Source: an uncultured Thermoactinomycetaceae bacterium
GTDB lineage: Bacteria > Bacillota > Bacilli > Thermoactinomycetales > CALJVA01
Direction of reading: 5' to 3'
DNA length: 64,000 bases
NCBI GenBank assembly: GCA_937975135.1
Contig: CALJVA010000067.1
Location: forward strand, 17,792-81,791
Part shown: positions 58,670-64,000 of the stretch, in pieces
How the letters are laid out: each line of letters begins with the position of its first letter
Position numbering within the stretch: the stretch's first letter is position 1
Program-made: the position numbers and the translations under genes
Notes under the pieces: generated by a model
Database searches by the model: none
The model's input: the letters and a program-made list of their open reading frames with translations, nothing else
What the model was told of the DNA's origin: nothing

Positions 58670-59254
58670 ATGAGTTTAGATAATAAGGATCGTCAGGAAA
58701 AGCAAAACGACGAGACCAAAGAAGAAGTGAAGAAAGAAGAAGTACATATGTCTGATGATACCGCAGAAGTACACGTTGATTCAGATGAGAAGAAGGATTC
58801 TCCTCAAGAGGAGGAGATTGATTGGAAGAAAAAGGCGGAGGAGTACCACGGTAAGTACCTAAAGGCATTGGCGGATTTGGAAAATTACCGTAGACGTACC
58901 CGCAGGGAGCGAGAAGAGCTGATTAAGTATGCTGCAGGACCATTGCTAGAAAAGTTGTTACCTGTTGTAGATAATTTAGAACGTGCTCTTTCGGCTAGCA
59001 AGGAAAGTGGTCAAGAAGAAGCACTGCATCAGGGAGTGGACATTATTTATCGTCAGTTTATGCAAGTGCTTAAAGAGAGTGGTCTTACCCCAATCGAATC
59101 GGTAGGCCAACCTTTTGATCCCCATGTGCACAATGCTGTAGCTCAAGTGGAAAGTGATAAATACGAATCAGGAATAGTAGTTGAGGAGCTACAAAAGGGT
59201 TACCGATTTAAAGACCGAGTATTAAGACCTGCGATGGTACAGGTAAGTATTTAA
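58670..59254 (+). CDS. grpE: Nucleotide exchange factor GrpE
   Basis: KALADLENYRRRTRRERE and C-terminal GYRFKDRVLRPAMV. ATG 58670 follows GGAAGGAGAG. Confidence 0.95.
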   Translation: MSLDNKDRQEKQNDETKEEVKKEEVHMSDDTAEVHVDSDEKKDSPQEEEIDWKKKAEEYHGKYLKALADLENYRRRTRREREELIKYAAGPLLEKLLPVVDNLERALSASKESGQEEALHQGVDIIYRQFMQVLKESGLTPIESVGQPFDPHVHNAVAQVESDKYESGIVVEELQKGYRFKDRVLRPAMVQVSI

Positions 59255-59296
59255 CTTAAATAGAGGTTTAATTCTAGACTGGGAGGATAGGTTGTC

Positions 59297-61135
59297 ATGG
59301 GAAAAGTAATCGGAATTGACCTGGGAACGACCAATTCATGTGTCGCATTTATGGATGGAGATGAACCAGTTGTAATTCCCAATGCCGAAGGAGGTCGTAC
59401 CACAGCCTCTGTCGTCGGTTTTTCTAAAAGCGGAGAGCGCTTGATTGGTGAAGCAGCCAAACGACAAGCAATTACCAATCCAGATAAGACGATCATGTCC
59501 ATAAAACGACACATGGGTAGTGATTATAAAGTAAAGATTGATGAGAAAACATACACACCACAGGAAATTTCATCGATGATTCTGCAAAAGCTGAAGACGG
59601 ATGCAGAAGCTTACCTCGGCGAAAAGGTAACACAAGCAGTGATTACTGTTCCTGCTTATTTTAACGACAGCCAGCGACAAGCCACCAAAGATGCAGGGCG
59701 AATTGCTGGCTTGGAAGTACTACGAATTATTAACGAACCGACAGCTGCAGCCCTGGCATATGGTATGGATAAGACAGATGATCAGACGATTTTGGTCTTT
59801 GACTTGGGTGGAGGAACCTTTGACGTTTCCATCTTGGAGATGGGAGATGGCTTTTTTGAAGTAAAAGCTACAAGTGGCGACAACCAATTAGGTGGCGATG
59901 ATTTTGATCAAGTGATCATCGATTATCTTGTAGCGGAATTTAAAAAAGAGCATGGAATTGATCTTTCTAAAGATCGGATGGCACTTCAGCGGATGAAAGA
60001 TGCAGCAGAGAAAGCAAAGCATGATCTATCAGGTGTATTGACGACCACGATTTCACTACCTTTCTTAACTGCAGATGAAACTGGTCCCAAGCACCTTGAA
60101 GTTACGTTAAGCCGTGCCAAGTTTGAGGAGCTATCCGCTCACTTGGTGGAACGGACCATGGGACCAACCCGCCAAGCGCTTAAAGATGCAGGATTGTCGC
60201 CAAGTGATGTTGATAAGGTAATCCTAGTAGGAGGTTCCACACGAATTCCCGCTGTACAAGAAGCGATTAAGGAATTGACAGGTAAAGAGCCCAGCAAGGG
60301 CGTAAACCCTGACGAAGTCGTTGCGATGGGTGCAGCTATCCAAGGTGGTGTCCTATCAGGAGAGGTAAAAGACGTAGTCTTGCTGGACGTAACTCCCTTA
60401 TCTCTCGGGATTGAAACCTTGGGTGGAGTCTTCACTACGCTGATTGAGCGAAATACCACGATTCCGACTGAGAAATCCCAAATTTTCTCCACAGCTGCAG
60501 ATAATCAAACGGTAGTCGATATTCATGTTCTCCAGGGAGAGCGGCCCATGGCCAAGGATAATAAAACTTTGGGTCGTTTTCAGCTTCAGGATATCCCACC
60601 TGCTCCCCGGGGCGTTCCACAAATCGAGGTTACCTTTAAAATTGATGCCAACGGAATTGTGAATGTGTCCGCTCAAGACAAAGCGACAGGAAAGAGTAAA
60701 GATATCACCATTCAATCATCGAGCGGGTTGACAGAAGAGGAGATTCAACGCATGATCCGTGAGGCAGAAGAGCATGCCGAAGAGGATCAGAAGCGTAAAG
60801 AGGAAGTGGAGTTAAGAAACCGTGCTGATCAAATGATTTTCACCACTGAAAAAACATTGAAAGACCTTGAGGATAAAGTGGAGAAATCTGATGTTGATCA
60901 GGCCAATGAGAAGAAGGAAGCGCTAAAGAAAGCATTAGAAGGATCGGATACTGAAGAAATCAAAAAAGCACTGGAAGAACTGGAGCAAGTGGTACAGCAG
61001 CTTTCCGTGAAGTTGTACGAGAAAGCAGCTCAAGAAGCAAAGCAAGCGCAAACTGACACAAAGGATGAAAAAGAGAAAGATGATGTAGTAGATGCCGACT
61101 ATGAAGTCGTCGACGATGATAAAAAAGAGAAGTAA
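59297..61135 (+). CDS. dnaK: Molecular chaperone DnaK (Hsp70)
   Basis: [26 protein letters not shown], and the full-length Hsp70 pattern. Confidence 0.98.
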   Translation: MGKVIGIDLGTTNSCVAFMDGDEPVVIPNAEGGRTTASVVGFSKSGERLIGEAAKRQAITNPDKTIMSIKRHMGSDYKVKIDEKTYTPQEISSMILQKLKTDAEAYLGEKVTQAVITVPAYFNDSQRQATKDAGRIAGLEVLRIINEPTAAALAYGMDKTDDQTILVFDLGGGTFDVSILEMGDGFFEVKATSGDNQLGGDDFDQVIIDYLVAEFKKEHGIDLSKDRMALQRMKDAAEKAKHDLSGVLTTTISLPFLTADETGPKHLEVTLSRAKFEELSAHLVERTMGPTRQALKDAGLSPSDVDKVILVGGSTRIPAVQEAIKELTGKEPSKGVNPDEVVAMGAAIQGGVLSGEVKDVVLLDVTPLSLGIETLGGVFTTLIERNTTIPTEKSQIFSTAADNQTVVDIHVLQGERPMAKDNKTLGRFQLQDIPPAPRGVPQIEVTFKIDANGIVNVSAQDKATGKSKDITIQSSSGLTEEEIQRMIREAEEHAEEDQKRKEEVELRNRADQMIFTTEKTLKDLEDKVEKSDVDQANEKKEALKKALEGSDTEEIKKALEELEQVVQQLSVKLYEKAAQEAKQAQTDTKDEKEKDDVVDADYEVVDDDKKEK

Positions 61136-61157
61136 CTTTCCGCTTTTTTCTATAGAG

Positions 61158-61210
61158 GTCAAAGCCATGGTGAAAATCACCGATGGCTTTGACTTTTCCC
61201 GTTTTTTCTG
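61158..61210 (+). terminator. Long hairpin plus T-runs between dnaK and dnaJ (partial terminator/attenuator)
   Basis: gtcaaagccat-ggtga-aaa-tcacc-g-atggctttgac followed by ttttcccgttttttc. Confidence 0.6.
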
Positions 61211-61258
61211 TTTTGGGATTCATCACACCATTTCTTATGGTGAAAAGGGGGTGATCCG

Positions 61259-62374
61259 GTGAGTAAACGTGACTATTATGAAGTGCTGGGGGTCGGAAGA
61301 GATGCTAGTCAGGAGGAAATCCGGAAAGCGTACCGCAAATTAGCACGGAAGTACCATCCTGATGTCAATAAATCACCGGATGCTGAAGAAAAATTTAAAG
61401 AAGTGAAAGAGGCATATGAGGTTTTAAGTGATCCCCAGAAAAAAGCGAGATATGATCAATTTGGTCATACGGATCCTGGAGCTGCCGGTGGAGGTGGCTT
61501 TGGTGGCTTTGGTAGTACTGACTTTGGTTTTGGTGATATTTTTGATATGTTTTTTGGCGGACAGCGAAGGGATCCCAATGCACCGAGAAGTGGAGCCGAT
61601 CTGGAATATCGGTTAAAAATATCGTTTAAAGATGCTGCCTTTGGGAAAGAAATGGATATAATCGTTCCTCGAACCGAAACGTGTCGCACTTGTAACGGAA
61701 GTGGTGCAAGACCCGGAACCTCCCCTGAAACATGTGCAACTTGTCGTGGAACGGGAGAAGAAGAAAGGGCACAAAATACTCCCTTTGGTCGGATTGTAAA
61801 TCGTCGTCCTTGTTACACATGTGGTGGAAAAGGAACGATTATCCGTGATAAATGTACAACGTGTAGTGGCAGTGGAAGAGAGCGACGAAAAAGAAAAATT
61901 CATATCAAAATTCCTGCTGGAATTCACGATGGAGCACAATTGCGTGTGACAGGTGAAGGAGAGCCGGGAATAAATGGTGGCCGTCCTGGAGACTTGTATA
62001 TATTGATTGAAGTAGAACCTCATGAGATGTTTACGCGCGAAGATAATGACGTGGTTTGTGAACTCCCGGTCACCTTTACCCAAGTTGCATTGGGAGATGA
62101 AGTTGTTGTTCCTACATTGGATGGGCGTGCCAAGATTAAGATCCCCCCAGGAACTCAGAGCGGAGTAGAGTTCCGTCTACGAGGAAAGGGAATCCCTCAC
62201 CTCCGCGGTTACGGCAAAGGGGACCAGCGGGTGCGGATTCGAGTAGTTACGCCAACCAATCTGACAGAGGAACAAAAACAGCTGCTTCGTAAGTTTGCTA
62301 AAGTAAGTGGCGATTATGTCAATGAACAAAAAGAGGGCTTTTTTGACAAGTGGAGAAAACTTATGCGTGATTAG
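61259..62374 (+). CDS. dnaJ: Molecular chaperone DnaJ (Hsp40)
   Basis: J domain [10 protein letters not shown]...YHPD, a G/F-rich region, and four CxxCxGxG zinc-finger repeats. Confidence 0.97.
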   Translation: MSKRDYYEVLGVGRDASQEEIRKAYRKLARKYHPDVNKSPDAEEKFKEVKEAYEVLSDPQKKARYDQFGHTDPGAAGGGGFGGFGSTDFGFGDIFDMFFGGQRRDPNAPRSGADLEYRLKISFKDAAFGKEMDIIVPRTETCRTCNGSGARPGTSPETCATCRGTGEEERAQNTPFGRIVNRRPCYTCGGKGTIIRDKCTTCSGSGRERRKRKIHIKIPAGIHDGAQLRVTGEGEPGINGGRPGDLYILIEVEPHEMFTREDNDVVCELPVTFTQVALGDEVVVPTLDGRAKIKIPPGTQSGVEFRLRGKGIPHLRGYGKGDQRVRIRVVTPTNLTEEQKQLLRKFAKVSGDYVNEQKEGFFDKWRKLMRD

Positions 62375-62583
62375 TTTTCTTCTTGCACGAATGGAAAAAA
62401 TAAGTGATGAAACAAGACGAATTGGTCTATTGATACCACTTTTAGAGGCTGATGGTATTGGGTGTGCCTAAATTCCTCTTTTTGTAAGTAACAAAGTAGA
62501 GGGGCCACCCTTATCAAGTGTATCAACCTTTCCAGAAGATCTGTAAAGTTGGAATAAATGAAGATATGGTTTGGAAGGTGTTG

Positions 62584-62609
62584 GACGGGCAGTGGCCCGT
62601 CTTTTATTT
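62584..62609 (+). terminator. Rho-independent terminator upstream of prmA
   Basis: gacgggc-agtg-gcccgtc followed by ttttattt. Confidence 0.7.
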
Positions 62610-62631
62610 ACTATAGGAGGGGCGGGTTAGA

Positions 62632-63585
62632 TTGAACAAGAATTGGCTTGAAATAAGTGTCCATACCAGCAGTGAAGCAGTAGAGGCTGTTACAAATAAG
62701 ATGCTAGAACTGGGGCTAAATGGGGTTGCGATTGAGGACTCAGAAGTGCTTACCCGGGACTGGGAGAGCCCTTATGGAGAGATCATCTCCCTTTCTGAAG
62801 ATGATTATCCAGCGGAAGGAGCCATTGTAAAGGGCTATCTACCCGGTAACTGTAACCACTCTGAACTAGTACAGCAGATAAAAAAATTGGTGGATAACTT
62901 GAAAGGATATGGACTTGATCCGGGGCCCGGTCGCGTTATGTTGCGGAACGTGACAGAGGAGTCTTGGGCTCATGCGTGGAAAAAGTTTTATAAACCGATT
63001 CGGGTGACAGAAAAGTTAACCGTGAAGCCTCGCTGGGAAGAGTATACACCACAAACAACAGGAGAGATTGTGATTGAGTTAGACCCTGGTATGGCCTTTG
63101 GGACTGGAACCCATCCTACAACACTTCAGTGCTTGCGCTTGTTAGAAAAGTGGCTTCAGCCAGGAATGCACATAATTGATGTAGGCTGTGGAAGTGGGAT
63201 TTTAAGCATAGCGGCTGCAAAGATGGGGGCTAAGACCGTCTTAGCCATTGATCTGGATGAAATTGCAGTAAAAAGTGCAAAAGAGAATGTTCTTTTAAGC
63301 GGACATGAACACCAGATACAGGTTTTGCAAGGGGATCTTTTACAGTGTCAGGAAAAGCCTGCTCATCTAATTGTCGCCAACCTACTCGCAGAAATTATTC
63401 TGCGTTTGGTAGAAGACCTGCCATCTGCGCTTCAACCCGGAGGAATATTTATCGGGGCGGGAATTGTGGCGAATAAAGCCGATTTGGTGGAAAAAGCACT
63501 GTCAGAAGTGGGTCTAAAAATAATGGAAAGGATTCACGATGAGGATTGGGTAGCAATTGTAGCAAAAAAAATGGTAGAATGTTAG
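62632..63585 (+). CDS. prmA: Ribosomal protein L11 methyltransferase
   Basis: WLEISVHT N-terminus, GMAFGTGTHPTT, and SAM motif IDVGCGSGILSIAA. Confidence 0.93.
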   Translation: MNKNWLEISVHTSSEAVEAVTNKMLELGLNGVAIEDSEVLTRDWESPYGEIISLSEDDYPAEGAIVKGYLPGNCNHSELVQQIKKLVDNLKGYGLDPGPGRVMLRNVTEESWAHAWKKFYKPIRVTEKLTVKPRWEEYTPQTTGEIVIELDPGMAFGTGTHPTTLQCLRLLEKWLQPGMHIIDVGCGSGILSIAAAKMGAKTVLAIDLDEIAVKSAKENVLLSGHEHQIQVLQGDLLQCQEKPAHLIVANLLAEIILRLVEDLPSALQPGGIFIGAGIVANKADLVEKALSEVGLKIMERIHDEDWVAIVAKKMVEC

Positions 63586-63596
63586 GAGCTTGAGTT

Positions 63597-64000
63597 ATGC
63601 AACGCTATTTTTTCTCCCCAAAACAGATCGATGGAAATGAGATCATCATCCAAGGGGATGATGTTCACCATATAAAAAATGTGATGCGCTTTCAGCCTGG
63701 AGATACGATCCTACTTTGTGATGGAGCGGGATTTGATTATCTAGCGGAAATTGTCCAAATCCAAAAGGAAGGGGTAATATGCTCCATTAAGAGAAAGACA
63801 CCCTCTAGGGGAGAGCCGCGACTACAGATTACTGTGGCCCAGTCTTTACCCAAAGGGGATAAGATGGATTGGGTATTGCAAAAGGGAACAGAGCTTGGTG
63901 TAACCTCTTTTTTTCCTTTTTCCTCTCAACACACCATTGTCCAATTATCCCCCAATAAAGCGGAGAGACGGCTTCAGCGCTGGCAGCGAATTGTGAAGGA
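63597..64000 (+). CDS. rsmE: 16S rRNA (uracil1498-N3)-methyltransferase, 5' partial (runs off the window)
   Basis: Hand translation MQRYFFSPKQIDGNEIIIQGDDVHHIKNVMRFQPGD...ITVAQSLPKGDKMDWVLQKGTELGV. Absent from the ORF track because it has no stop codon in the window. Follows prmA as in Bacillus. Confidence 0.85.
   Translation, partial: MQRYFFSPKQIDGNEIIIQGDDVHHIKNVMRFQPGDTILLCDGAGFDYLAEIVQIQKEGVICSIKRKTPSRGEPRLQITVAQSLPKGDKMDWVLQKGTELGVTSFFPFSSQHTIVQLSPNKAERRLQRWQRIVK

Overview
This 64-kb window comes from an endospore-forming Firmicute, probably Bacillales-like. The conserved backbone is comER/comEA ... comEC ... holA / rpsT-gpr-spoIIP-yqxA-like ... lepA-hemW-hrcA-grpE-dnaK-dnaJ-prmA-rsmE, interrupted by two accessory blocks. 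Block 1 (about 7.8-25.8 kb, between comEC and holA) holds: a c-di-AMP (ydaO-type) riboswitch in front of a SulP transporter; small HTH, GNAT and decayed genes; a TipAL-type MerR regulator; pseudouridine salvage genes (psuK-like, psuG); a tightly coupled six-gene catabolic-looking operon (orphan 571-aa protein, M19-like hydrolase, 232-aa unknown, aldehyde dehydrogenase, IclR, BCCT transporter); hsp20; and an ECF sigma/anti-sigma pair overlapping holA. Block 2 (about 26.8-47.4 kb, between holA and rpsT) holds the main find. It is a roughly 15.5-kb RiPP biosynthetic gene cluster of thiopeptide/lactazole type. Its three tandem precursor-peptide genes (49-50 aa, 28034-28618) are missing from the supplied ORF track because they are too short. 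Their leaders end in ALPETGA and are followed by 22-23-residue cores made almost entirely of Ser/Thr/Cys/Gly. Downstream lie a split LanB dehydratase, a second SpaB_C-like protein (candidate pyridine synthase), a YcaO cyclodehydratase, two SagB-type dehydrogenases, two further RRE/E1-like proteins and an ABC exporter. An orphan LuxR-type regulator sits upstream. Block 2 also contains a DUF523 protein, a CcdC-like protein, a Trp T-box plus trpS, and a P1B-4 ATPase behind a perfect PerR box. A second notable feature is an archaeal-type (group II-like) chaperonin gene between hrcA and grpE in the CIRCE-controlled dnaK operon. I saw no rRNA, tRNA, CRISPR array, transposase or integrase. All family assignments rest on motif recognition by eye, and no database search was run.
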